Positions 8,836-17,409 of a stretch of 34,958 bases of DNA are shown one piece after another; positions within the stretch are counted from its first letter, which is position 1; each line of letters begins with the position of its first letter. Both the position numbers and the translations under genes were made by a program. The notes beneath the pieces are model-generated. The model was given only the letters and a program-made list of their open reading frames with translations, was not told where the DNA came from and searched no databases. Source of the DNA: an uncultured Desulfovibrionaceae bacterium (GTDB taxonomy: Bacteria; Desulfobacterota; Desulfovibrionia; Desulfovibrionales; Desulfovibrionaceae); the NCBI GenBank assembly GCA_964369335.1, contig CAYJFR010000002.1, positions 1 through 34,958 on the forward strand, written 5' to 3'.

Positions 8836-10059
8836 ATGAGTGAAAAAACGACAACACAGCGTCTTATGGATGTACGACAAGAAATCGATGCCGTAGACCA
8901 AGAGCTTTTGCACATGCTCAATAAGCGCGCCATGCTGAGTTTAGAAGTGGGACGCATTAAAGCCGCCGAAAATGGAACCAATCCTCGTGTTCTTGGCGGT
9001 GCTATTTTTAAACCAGAGCGTGAGCACCAAGTGCTTGCCAATCTTGAAGCAGGCAATACAGGTCCTTTACCGCACGCCCATGTGCGCACCATTTGGCGCG
9101 AGATTTTTTCTTCTTCACGGGCTTTGCAAAAGCCGCAAAAAGTGGCCTACCTTGGACCAGAAGGGACATTTTCTTATTTTGCCGGTGTGGAATACTTGGG
9201 AAAAAGCGTGGATATGTGCCCTTTTTCCAACTTTCACGACTTATTCCGCGCTGTGTATGACGGGCGGTGCCAGCTGGGAGTAGTTCCTTTAGAAAATTCT
9301 TTAGAGGGCACTGTGGGGCAATGCTTTGACCTCTTTTATAATTTTTCTGTGTCCATCCAAGCAGAATTACTTTTGCATATCAGCCATTCCTTGCTCAGTC
9401 ATGGTAAATCTTTGAATGATATTACCCATGTATATTCACATCCGCAGGCTTTGGCACAGTGTGATGTGTGGTTGCGCGCCCATGTGCCGTGGGCGGAATT
9501 AGTACCGGCAGAATCCACCGCCGCCGCCGCAAGACGCGCTGCGGAAAATCCCCAATACGCTGCCATAGGTAATATTACTTTGGCAGATTTACACTCCTTC
9601 ACTGTGCTTGCCTCTTCCATAGAGTCCAGTGTGGATAATTGGACGCGCTTTGTTATCATTGCACCGCAAGAAGAAAAAGGCTTGGCGGCGCCTAAACCTC
9701 TGACGGAAGAAACACAAGACTCTCCAAGAGAAGGCGTGAGCTTGCCTAAGAAAACCTCATTGCTTTTCACGCTCATTGATAAGCCTGGTTCTTTATCCAC
9801 TGTGCTCTCAGCCTTTGCCCAATACGGGGTGAATATGCGCAAGTTAGAATCGCGTCCTTTGCGCCTTTCTAGCGGCGAGTGCTGGCGTTATGTGTTTTTT
9901 GCGGATTTGGAGTGTGATTTGCTAGAAACTCAGTATGCCATATTGGTGCATGAAATTCAAAGTATGTGCAATTCATTCCGTATACTTGGGGCATATCCTT
10001 CGGCAGTGCCTCATGTGACCAATGTGACCCAAAAAGAAGAGGGAGAAACTTCATGTTAA
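8836..10059 (+). CDS. pheA: bifunctional chorismate mutase / prephenate dehydratase (P-protein)
   Basis: CM domain RQEIDAVDQELLHMLNKRAMLSLEVGRIK. PDT domain VAYLGPEGTFSY ... VPLENSLEGTV. ACT domain TSLLFTLIDKPGSLSTVLSAFAQYGVNMRKLESRP. Confidence 0.9.
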   Translation: MSEKTTTQRLMDVRQEIDAVDQELLHMLNKRAMLSLEVGRIKAAENGTNPRVLGGAIFKPEREHQVLANLEAGNTGPLPHAHVRTIWREIFSSSRALQKPQKVAYLGPEGTFSYFAGVEYLGKSVDMCPFSNFHDLFRAVYDGRCQLGVVPLENSLEGTVGQCFDLFYNFSVSIQAELLLHISHSLLSHGKSLNDITHVYSHPQALAQCDVWLRAHVPWAELVPAESTAAAARRAAENPQYAAIGNITLADLHSFTVLASSIESSVDNWTRFVIIAPQEEKGLAAPKPLTEETQDSPREGVSLPKKTSLLFTLIDKPGSLSTVLSAFAQYGVNMRKLESRPLRLSSGECWRYVFFADLECDLLETQYAILVHEIQSMCNSFRILGAYPSAVPHVTNVTQKEEGETSC

Positions 10060-11396
10060 CGGTACAAGCTTCTGCATCAAAATCCATTTCGCACAGAACC
10101 CTTATGGGCGCCGCCCTCACACAAGGCGTTTCCACTGTGCATAATGTGCTTATGAGCCGTGATATTCAGTGTACTATGGCAGTACTCACCTCTGCTGGAG
10201 CGCAATTTGAGCCTTTGGAAGACGCACAACAAACAGCAGGCACAGGGGCTTTTGTAGTCACAGGCATGGGCGCGTGTGCCAATTCTGCTCATTATGAACA
10301 AGACGCCATTTCTTGCGACATGCACGAATCAGGTACATCATGCCGTCTGCTTACAGGTATTTTAAGTACGTGTGCTGGACGCTTTCGTATTCATGGCGCG
10401 CCGCGTATGCATGAGCGTCCCATACAAGCCTTGACCCAAGCTTTAACTCAATTGGGCGTTTCCATCACCTTTGAAGACAAGGCTGGCTATCCCCCCCTTA
10501 TTTTAGAAGGAGGCGACTTTCAACAAGATCATATTACCATGGACAGTGACGCTTCTAGTCAATACCTTTCTGGCTTGCTTTTGGCGGCGCCGCGCTCTTC
10601 TCGTGGGCTTGTTATCACCCTTGGAGGCAAAAAAGTTGTTTCTTGGCCATATGTAGGCTTAACTTTACAAACCCTTGAAGATTTTAATATTTCTTTCCAT
10701 GTGGAAGTAAAAGAAGGGCAAGCTTGGAAAAAAGTAGACTGGCGTTTGCTTACAGAAGCTGTCCCACATGCCACGCGTTTTTGTATTGAGCCTAGTCAGT
10801 ATGCTGTGGGTGATTACATAGTAGAAGGAGATTGGTCGGGCGCGTCTTATCTTGTAGCCGCAGGTGCTTTGGGAAAAAATGCGGTGTGCGTGCAGGGCTT
10901 GCGCCAAGATTCCTTGCAAGGGGATAAGGCTATCATGGATATTTTACAGCGTATGGGCGGCGTTTTTGCATGGCAAGAGCAAGGTCTGTGCGTGCAGCCT
11001 TCTGCTTTGCAGGGTATTGAGGTAGATATGGGCTATTGCCCTGACCTTGTGCCTACGGTGGCTGTTATGGCAGCCTTTGCCAAGGGTGTCACCACCATAA
11101 CCAATTGTGCGCATTTACGCATTAAAGAATCAGACCGCATTGCGGCGCCAGCGGCAGAATTGCGTAAATTGGGCGTGCAAGTGGAAGAATTGGACGACGG
11201 TTTACGTATTCACGGTTTGGGACAAGTACCCACCATTGACCCTGCATGTGTGTTTAGCACTCATAATGACCATCGTATGGCCATGAGCTTGGCATTATTG
11301 TCTTTGCATGGGCAAAAAATACAACTTGACGATGCTAAGGTTGTGGAAAAGTCCTTTCCGCATTTTTGGCATGTCTGGAGTCAATTAGATGCCTAA
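10053..11396 (+). CDS. aroA: 3-phosphoshikimate 1-carboxyvinyltransferase (EPSP synthase)
   Basis: The preferred start is ATG 10053 (MLTVQASASKSISHR...), which overlaps the pheA stop in ATGTTAA. The ORF-track start at 9966 lies 90 nt inside pheA. Motifs: ASKSISHR, ESGTSCRLL, KESDRI, HNDHRMAMSLALL. Confidence 0.9.
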   Translation: MLTVQASASKSISHRTLMGAALTQGVSTVHNVLMSRDIQCTMAVLTSAGAQFEPLEDAQQTAGTGAFVVTGMGACANSAHYEQDAISCDMHESGTSCRLLTGILSTCAGRFRIHGAPRMHERPIQALTQALTQLGVSITFEDKAGYPPLILEGGDFQQDHITMDSDASSQYLSGLLLAAPRSSRGLVITLGGKKVVSWPYVGLTLQTLEDFNISFHVEVKEGQAWKKVDWRLLTEAVPHATRFCIEPSQYAVGDYIVEGDWSGASYLVAAGALGKNAVCVQGLRQDSLQGDKAIMDILQRMGGVFAWQEQGLCVQPSALQGIEVDMGYCPDLVPTVAVMAAFAKGVTTITNCAHLRIKESDRIAAPAAELRKLGVQVEELDDGLRIHGLGQVPTIDPACVFSTHNDHRMAMSLALLSLHGQKIQLDDAKVVEKSFPHFWHVWSQLDA

Positions 11397-12135
11397 AAAT
11401 ATTGTCATTGTGGGAAGTAAGGGACGCATGGGAGCATACTTTTTGCGCCGCTTGAAAAAGCTTGACTATACAGTAAGCGGCATTGATATGCCCCTTACTG
11501 AGGATGTGTTTCGCACAGCCTGTGCCAAGGCGCATATGGTTTTGCTTTGCATCCCCGCGCACGCCATGCAAAACGTGCTTGAAAAAATGACACCTCATAT
11601 GCCCAAGCACTGCGTTTTAGCCGATATAACGTCGGTTAAAGTGCAGGCTTTGGCATGTATGAAAAAATATTGGTCTGGTGCCGTTGTGGGCACACATCCG
11701 CTTTTTGGCAATAAGCCACAACGCGGGCATGATTTGCCTGTAACCATTGTTCCTGCAGAAAATACCGCTGAAGAGCCTGTTCTTTTTGTGGAAAAGCTCT
11801 TTACGGATTTAGGCTGTCGTGTGTTTCGAGCCAGCGCTGAACAACATGATAAAGCCATGGCTGCCATTCAAAACTTGAATTTTATTACTTCATTGGCATA
11901 TTTTGCTGCGCTGTCTCAAGATGAAGAATTGCTTCCCTTTTTGACGCCTTCTTTTAAACGTCGTCAAGATGCGGCGCATAAACTTCTTACGGAAGACGCC
12001 GAGCTTTTTGCCGGCTTATATGAAGCCAATCCTTACAGTCAGCAACTTGTGCGTAAATACGGAACCATGCTTAATATAGCCGCTGCGGGGGATATTGACT
12101 TGCTTGTTAACAAAGCCGCTTGGTGGTGGGAATAG
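11389..12135 (+). CDS. tyrA: prephenate dehydrogenase
   Basis: Rossmann N-terminus IVIVGSKGRMGAYF and the conserved VVGTHPLFG block. 248 aa. The start overlaps the aroA stop by 8 nt. Confidence 0.8.
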   Translation: MPKNIVIVGSKGRMGAYFLRRLKKLDYTVSGIDMPLTEDVFRTACAKAHMVLLCIPAHAMQNVLEKMTPHMPKHCVLADITSVKVQALACMKKYWSGAVVGTHPLFGNKPQRGHDLPVTIVPAENTAEEPVLFVEKLFTDLGCRVFRASAEQHDKAMAAIQNLNFITSLAYFAALSQDEELLPFLTPSFKRRQDAAHKLLTEDAELFAGLYEANPYSQQLVRKYGTMLNIAAAGDIDLLVNKAAWWWE

Positions 12136-12173
12136 TAATAAAAATTTCCATAAAAAAAGATCACTCTTTTGCT

Positions 12174-12230
12174 CAGGCTGCTGACTAACCCTCAAAAAGT
12201 GAGGTTTTATCAGCAGCCTGGGCTTTTTTT
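12174..12230 (+). terminator. intrinsic terminator ending the aro operon
   Basis: CAGGCTGCTGA (12174-12184) pairs perfectly with TCAGCAGCCTG (12210-12220). An inner CCTCA/TGAGG stem is present, followed by GGCTTTTTTT. Confidence 0.85.
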
Positions 12231-12319
12231 ATGCTAGAAAAAGTCTTGAAAAACATAAAACAAATTCATGACTTTTTCTTGTAACATATCAAAAAATTTA
12301 ACTTTTTTCAAAAAAGCGC

Positions 12320-12348
12320 TTGATTTTTATTTTCCCTTCCAGTACAGT
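12320..12348 (+). promoter_or_regulatory. candidate sigma70-type promoter for the OMP gene
   Basis: TTGATT (12320-12325), a 17-nt spacer, then TACAGT (12343-12348). This is only a hexamer match in an AT-rich spacer. Confidence 0.25.
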
Positions 12349-12525
12349 CTTTTCAACGGATACAGCTTTTTTACGAAACACAAACAAGACCGTTTTTAGG
12401 AAGATATTTCCCAATGTAAAAAAACTCCGTCTTTTGAACTTTAGGCACCATACGCTATTATGGTATTTCGTCATAACACTTATGCTTTCAAGATAAAGGC
12501 ATAAGACATTCCTGGAGGGTATAAT

Positions 12526-13167
12526 ATGTTTTCACGTATCATTATAACTCTTGCACTTACTTTGTCCTTGGCAACTCCAGCTTTTGCAGAATTTACTGGT
12601 ATATATGCTGGCGGAAAATTCATCGATTCCTATCAAACCCAATGGGGCGGCGGTCGCTTAGACGGTACGACTTCACAAAATACCATAGGCTTGGGCTTCT
12701 TTGTTGGATATGATTTCTACGCCAATTCTGACACCCCTGTACGTGCAGAATTAGAATACGCCTTCCGTTCAGAATTTAAAAATGAAGGCAACTATCGCGT
12801 AGGAACTTCTGTTGTGAATAATAAAATGGATTCCAACATGCACACCTTACTTGCCAATGCTTATTATGATTTTTATAATGAATCCATATTCACCCCTTAT
12901 ATAGGTGTAGGTATTGGTATGGCTTTCATTGACGGGCACAATGAGCTTAACGTGGGCGGAGTGCATTACAGCGAAGAAGTAGATGATACTGTATTCGCTT
13001 GGCAAGCTGGCGCTGGTGTAGGCGTTGCCATTACCGACAGAGTCACTGCTGACCTTGGCTATCGTTACCTTGGTACAAGCACAGTGAATTCTGAAATCGC
13101 TGGCGGCGACGTCAAGACCGACCTCAGCTCACATGAATTTAGTGTAGGTATTCGCTTCGGATTCTAA
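12526..13167 (+). CDS. outer-membrane beta-barrel protein (OMP_b-brl / porin-family, small barrel)
   Basis: Sec signal peptide MFSRIIITLALTLSLATPAFA-EF. Alternating hydrophobic/aromatic beta-strand pattern (YYDFYNE, TPYIGVGIGMAF, AWQAGAGVGVAI, ADLGYRYLG). C-terminal FSVGIRFGF ending in Phe. GGAGG RBS 7 nt upstream. Confidence 0.75.
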   Translation: MFSRIIITLALTLSLATPAFAEFTGIYAGGKFIDSYQTQWGGGRLDGTTSQNTIGLGFFVGYDFYANSDTPVRAELEYAFRSEFKNEGNYRVGTSVVNNKMDSNMHTLLANAYYDFYNESIFTPYIGVGIGMAFIDGHNELNVGGVHYSEEVDDTVFAWQAGAGVGVAITDRVTADLGYRYLGTSTVNSEIAGGDVKTDLSSHEFSVGIRFGF

Positions 13168-13219
13168 AAGAAAAAATAATAGTGATTTAAGGGAAAGGTC
13201 ATCCTTTTCCTTAAATCAC
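13166..13219 (-). terminator. intrinsic terminator of the minus-strand Dlt-like operon
   Basis: A 17-bp stem, GTGATTTAAGGGAAAGG (13182-13198) with CCTTTTCCTTAAATCAC (13203-13219), has one G-U pair. Read on the minus strand it is followed by TATTATTTTTTCTTTT. Confidence 0.55.
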
Positions 13220-13223
13220 CGTC

Positions 13224-13258
13224 AAAGTCCATCTTTTTTATAAAGAATGGACTTTTTT
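13224..13258 (+). terminator. intrinsic terminator of the OMP gene
   Basis: AAAGTCCAT (13224-13232) pairs with ATGGACTTT (13247-13255), running into a T tract that ends at 13258. Confidence 0.65.
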
Positions 13259-13340
13259 ATGCTTTTTACATGTAGCGTCAAAAAGGAAATGGCTGTGCGA
13301 AGTGCTTTTTTTAACCAAGCCCAAAATTGTTCAATCTTAT

Positions 13341-14387
13341 TTAGAGATAAGCCCTAGTTAACATTTTTGTAAGCCAAGGTTCCATAACTTTTGCTCCCTT
13401 CTTGTTTAAATGCATACTATCGTAGAAAAGCGCATCCTCTAAAGGTCCCTTTTGCCAAGGGATAAAATGTGCGCCAGTTTCTTTTGCTATTTTATTCATA
13501 TCATTAATAAAGAACTCTCTATACTCAGAAAAAAAAGTCTGATACATAGAGCCTACAGGAAGCTCCACAAAATAAACAGATATTCCTTTAGAAATAAAAC
13601 TTTTTGCAGCTGTGGCAAGTAAGTGTACACTGCCGCTTCTATTTCCTTCTTTTTCCATATAGTATTCAGATTGAGTGAAGTATTTTTGTAAATTCTTTTT
13701 GGTATTTTCAGATGTCCAATATGGACCAAGTCTAGTAGAGAGCCATTTTATATGCTCCATAAAAGTATAGTAAGCTTTTTCTAACTCTAACTTAGGAAAA
13801 CTGATAAATCCGTTATAAATATGCGCAAGAGGGTTTAAGTTTTTCATATTCTTAAGCGCATCATAATTGCTATACCTAAGATTTTCCATGGGAGCATATT
13901 TATAAAAATAAGTATGCGCTTCTTGGCTAGGCAACAAAGTAATGCGTACGTCACCAGTTTTAAGCCAGCCAGAGATTATTTGATGATGGTAGTCTCGTGC
14001 ATAAACTTGTGCAGGTTGTAAAAATATAAAAGCTGTACCAGAAGGCTTAGCAAGACTTGCTAAGCGCAATATGTCAAATAAATTTTGTGTAGGAAAATAT
14101 CCGCGTACTAAGCTTTCTTCAATATTTTTTGGAGGGATATAAGGAGAAAAGAGGTCAACGACAGGAGACCCCCCAATAATATATATATGTTCTTCATCTT
14201 CAGAAGCTGAGTACATATTATAGGCGGCATGCAAAGCAGCTTCTTGTCCTCTTTCAATAGGAATTTTAGACCAAGAACCCACCGTAGATACAATAAATGT
14301 ATTTATATTCGTATGAAAAGTAATCACAAGTGCAAGCTGAATAAGAAAAAATACAATGGAAAGCGGTATAATTTTCTTTAAAGTCAT
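13341..14387 (-). CDS. DltD-like membrane-anchored SGNH-fold acyl/aminoacyl transferase
   Basis: 348 aa with a single N-terminal TM anchor (IIPLSIVFFLIQLALVITF). Candidate nucleophile block IYIIGGSPV. The C-terminal D-x-x-H block FYDSMHLNKKG parallels the DTxHLxxKG block I recall in Firmicute DltD. The start overlaps the MBOAT stop (TAATG). Confidence 0.55.
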   Translation of the reverse strand: MTLKKIIPLSIVFFLIQLALVITFHTNINTFIVSTVGSWSKIPIERGQEAALHAAYNMYSASEDEEHIYIIGGSPVVDLFSPYIPPKNIEESLVRGYFPTQNLFDILRLASLAKPSGTAFIFLQPAQVYARDYHHQIISGWLKTGDVRITLLPSQEAHTYFYKYAPMENLRYSNYDALKNMKNLNPLAHIYNGFISFPKLELEKAYYTFMEHIKWLSTRLGPYWTSENTKKNLQKYFTQSEYYMEKEGNRSGSVHLLATAAKSFISKGISVYFVELPVGSMYQTFFSEYREFFINDMNKIAKETGAHFIPWQKGPLEDALFYDSMHLNKKGAKVMEPWLTKMLTRAYL

Positions 14388-15571
14388 TACTGATTCCTAT
14401 AGTGTAAAAAACAATCGCGCAGTAAAGTATAAGGTTCTGTGAAATTATCAAAAGCTACAAAAATAAACACAGAAGAAACAAAGCTCAGGACAAAAAGGGA
14501 TCCGCCAACCTTTAATACTATTTTACCTACAGATGAACGCTGCATTTGGGTAAAGTATCTTGTTCCTCGTAGCATCGTATAAGCGTTCAAGGCTGTGCCG
14601 TGGCATAAAGCCCATATAAGCCAATTCCATGATATATGATGCCACATTCCTACTACAAGCATACTTGCATATGCGGCAAGCCAAGGTTTTCTTGTTTTTA
14701 TAAGTGTAGGAAAAAAAACATAGTCTCGAGTCCAGTTTGAAAGCGACATATGCCACCGTTGCCAAAACTGAGAAATATTCGTAGCGAGTAAGGGGCGTTG
14801 AAAGTTTTCTACAGTACTGAAACCAAAAAAGCGCGCAAGGGCTTTACTCAGTTCAGTATAAAGCATTAAATCCAGATAGGCATGCAAAAAGCCACCTGCA
14901 CCAAAAATAAACAGTGAAAGAATACTTTTTACTTCTCTAGCAGCGGTAAGTGCGTAGGTATAAGTAAAGGTGTGCATATAGTTATCAATCAGCACTAATT
15001 TCAAAAAAAGGAAAAAGAAAAATGCAGAGCATGCTTTTAGTATCTTACTATGATTGGGAGTGCTATCCACAATTTTCAATTCGTGAAAACGCATAATGGG
15101 ACCAGCAGCCAAAATAGGAGGGAAAAATATCCATGTTATATAATTTAGCGTGTCGAAGTGTATATAACTCTTATTTCCCTTATACACTTCTACCATAAAT
15201 GATATAATTCTAAAAAGATAGTAGGATGAACCAAAGAAAGAAATGGAAAATGCCGCAGTACTATTTGCTGTGGGAGCGACAGTTTTTATGGTAAGCAGCA
15301 AAGTTAGCGTGCAAAAAAAAGCTATTATAAAAAGTTTTTTATTCGTAGCTATTTTTTTTGACAGTATAAAAGTGACTAAAGCAAGTACAGATAATAAAAT
15401 AAAAGACCAAATATCAAGAACTGCTAAGATGATTACACCAGAAGCAATTAAAAAAAGGCGACGAATATGCTCTGTTTGTTGTGCTACATAGTAACAAGTA
15501 AGAAGTCCTATACATGTAGCAAATATCCAAGGGAGAGCAGTATGCACTGCAAAAAATTCTGTAAAACTCAC
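14387..15571 (-). CDS. MBOAT-family membrane acyltransferase (DltB/AlgI-like)
   Basis: 394 aa and polytopic. MBOAT hallmark blocks are FWQRWHMSLSNWTRDYVFFP and VVGMWHHISWNWLIWALCHG (conserved His). Confidence 0.85.
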   Translation of the reverse strand: MSFTEFFAVHTALPWIFATCIGLLTCYYVAQQTEHIRRLFLIASGVIILAVLDIWSFILLSVLALVTFILSKKIATNKKLFIIAFFCTLTLLLTIKTVAPTANSTAAFSISFFGSSYYLFRIISFMVEVYKGNKSYIHFDTLNYITWIFFPPILAAGPIMRFHELKIVDSTPNHSKILKACSAFFFFLFLKLVLIDNYMHTFTYTYALTAAREVKSILSLFIFGAGGFLHAYLDLMLYTELSKALARFFGFSTVENFQRPLLATNISQFWQRWHMSLSNWTRDYVFFPTLIKTRKPWLAAYASMLVVGMWHHISWNWLIWALCHGTALNAYTMLRGTRYFTQMQRSSVGKIVLKVGGSLFVLSFVSSVFIFVAFDNFTEPYTLLRDCFLHYRNQ

Positions 15572-15634
15572 AATACTACTCTTAGCGTAATTTTATTTGT
15601 TACTATATCTTATCTATTTTAATAGATAATTAAA

Positions 15635-16993
15635 TTACAGTATTTTATCAAAAGTATTTAACTCTGAAGCAAGACGCTTTCTATCTACTTTCATAGATTG
15701 TGTGAAATAAAATTCTGGAACTGTGTAATAATAGTGCGGTAATTCATATTTTTCCATTTTTTCACGCAATTTTTCCATAATTTCTTTTCGGGAACATGTA
15801 TATGTTTGTAAAGCCACCAAAGAAATTAAATTGCCTAAAGCTTCATTATAAGTACTGACAAGTATCAAATCGTCAGTATGCAGTATATTTTTAATTTTTG
15901 TTTCTAAATATTTTAAGTTAATCTTATTGCCTAAAACTTTAATTTCATCATTAGAGCGACCCACAAGGTATACTTTATCATCTTCAGTGAATACTATATC
16001 ACCAGAATCATGGCGTTTTTGTGAAGGGCAATATGTTCCGTTAATGATGTAGCCGTCAAATAGATATTTTGAATCCACAAAAATTTTTTCATCTTCAATA
16101 ATAGGTGTATAACCATCTATGGCTGAACCTAAGTCTCCGGTGTATGTAGAATCATTTTCTATGGTATTGATAAAAAATCTTCCTGCTACCTCAGCGAGCC
16201 CATAGGCAATAAAGAGTTTCGCTTGAGGGAATTTGTTTAGTATGCCATTTGCCGCACTTTTTGAAAGTACATCTCCAGAAGAAAAGAAATAATTGGGTGC
16301 ATGCGCTTGTGGCAGTACAGTAATGGCATTTGTTATGTGCACAGGAGAGCCCATTACTCCAAGTGTTTTATATTGGCTGGCAACGTTAGAAAGTTCTTTC
16401 AAGTTGGAAAAATCGTCAAAAATAAGCAGGGAGTCACTCATCCAGTGGCATAAAAAGTGTGAAATAGCACTTACAAGATAAGGAGAAAGCCAAGTTATAT
16501 TCACTTGACTTTCTTTAAATTGTATTTTTTTCAGTACGCTTGACGCATTTATTATAAAATTATCAAAATTATGTACAATTCCTTTGGGAATTCCTGTACT
16601 ACCTGAAGAAAAAACTATGATGTTTCCACGAGGAATAGATGTTTTTACAAAGTGGGGATTTTCTTCTATTTTTATACTATTGTCTTGCGGAGTAAGAATT
16701 TTTGCAGCATATGTAATAGGATGCCCTGTTCCATGAAAGAAATCTCTATTGGGAACAAGCACTCTGTTTCCTTGCTTAATCAATGCTATTAGATAGGCAT
16801 AAAATATTACAGGGTGCATAGTGTTCAACAAAATAAACTCTTCTTTGTTCCATGTTGCTTCATTTTCAAGAAGAGTTTTTTCTGCACGGTCTACTTCTTG
16901 GATAAAGTCTGCTTGGCTCCATACTTTTCCTTGAAATGAGAGAAGTGGCTTAGAAGAATCAGCGTGGCAAACAAGTTGATGCATATTATTCAC
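15635..16993 (-). CDS. stand-alone adenylate-forming enzyme (ANL superfamily, DltA-like carrier-protein ligase)
   Basis: Core motifs appear in order: FSSGSTGIPKG (A3), YGLAEVAG (A5), DSGD (A7), GRSNDEIKVLGNKINLKYLE (A8), SMKVDRKRL (A10 Lys). 452 aa with no C or T domains. The ATG overlaps the carrier-protein stop by 8 nt. Confidence 0.85.
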   Translation of the reverse strand: MNNMHQLVCHADSSKPLLSFQGKVWSQADFIQEVDRAEKTLLENEATWNKEEFILLNTMHPVIFYAYLIALIKQGNRVLVPNRDFFHGTGHPITYAAKILTPQDNSIKIEENPHFVKTSIPRGNIIVFSSGSTGIPKGIVHNFDNFIINASSVLKKIQFKESQVNITWLSPYLVSAISHFLCHWMSDSLLIFDDFSNLKELSNVASQYKTLGVMGSPVHITNAITVLPQAHAPNYFFSSGDVLSKSAANGILNKFPQAKLFIAYGLAEVAGRFFINTIENDSTYTGDLGSAIDGYTPIIEDEKIFVDSKYLFDGYIINGTYCPSQKRHDSGDIVFTEDDKVYLVGRSNDEIKVLGNKINLKYLETKIKNILHTDDLILVSTYNEALGNLISLVALQTYTCSRKEIMEKLREKMEKYELPHYYYTVPEFYFTQSMKVDRKRLASELNTFDKIL

Positions 16994-17234
16994 CTAATTT
17001 CATTTCTATATAATCAGCAACTTTATTTATTGAACCTAGTGTATCAAGGCTAATGCTGAAAGGATCTACAGAAACAGAAAAGTTACTTTCCATAAAAACT
17101 ATAATATGCAAGACATTAAGAGAATCAAGAAATCCTTCTGCAAAAATTTCTTGATCATCGCTATTTACTGCAGCCCCTGCGAGTGTTTCCACTTCTTTAC
17201 GGAGCAGTGTTTTTATTTCTTCTCGTGCGTACAT
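16986..17234 (-). CDS. acyl/peptidyl carrier protein (DltC-like)
   Basis: The preferred start is ATG 17234 (MYAREEIKTLL...), 1 nt after the stop of the upstream micro-ORF (TAA-T-ATG). The track start at 17270 would overlap that ORF. 82 aa, acidic, with a phosphopantetheine-site-type motif GFLDSLNVLHII. Confidence 0.8.
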   Translation of the reverse strand: MYAREEIKTLLRKEVETLAGAAVNSDDQEIFAEGFLDSLNVLHIIVFMESNFSVSVDPFSISLDTLGSINKVADYIEMKLGE

Positions 17235-17235
17235 A

Positions 17236-17409
17236 TTAAAACCCCATATATCTAAAAGATTTAAATGCATTGTCTTTTGAAAGTATAATCAAGAGTACTA
17301 GCCAATATAATATGGATAAACCACACGCTATAGCTATATAGGTGAATTGCTTCCAGAGTTTATTTTGGTTGAGTGTGCATAAAAAAGTTGATTTAACTTT
17401 TTTCATCAT
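17236..17409 (-). CDS. DltX-like single-pass micro-protein
   Basis: Candidate ATGs lie at 17424, 17415, 17409 and 17406. The last two sit in ATGATGAAAAAAGTTAA, which overlaps the flavoprotein stop. One TM helix (FTYIAIACGLSILYWLVLLIIL). The extreme C-terminus FRYMGF-stop has the pattern F-x-Y-x-x-F. Confidence 0.4.
   Translation of the reverse strand: MMKKVKSTFLCTLNQNKLWKQFTYIAIACGLSILYWLVLLIILSKDNAFKSFRYMGF

Noticed and set aside
9966-10052. N-terminal extension of the EPSP synthase ORF as given in the track (start 9966)
   Set aside because: The extension lies inside the 3' end of pheA in another frame and encodes non-homologous sequence. ATG 10053 gives the canonical N-terminus and an ATGTTAA stop/start overlap.
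14108-14765. Small minus-strand ORFs (14108-14293, 14266-14451, 14523-14765) and the plus-strand ORF 15243-15491 within the DltD-like/MBOAT genes
   Set aside because: They are alternative-frame or antisense ORFs nested in longer ORFs that carry family motifs. AT-rich DNA produces such ORFs by chance.
15611-15628. 18-bp AT-only palindrome TATCTATT-TT-AATAGATA in the 63-nt gap between the ligase and MBOAT genes
   Set aside because: It is composed only of A/T in a 13% GC spacer, so it has a high chance expectation and negligible hairpin stability. I noted it only as a possible minor processing or pausing site.
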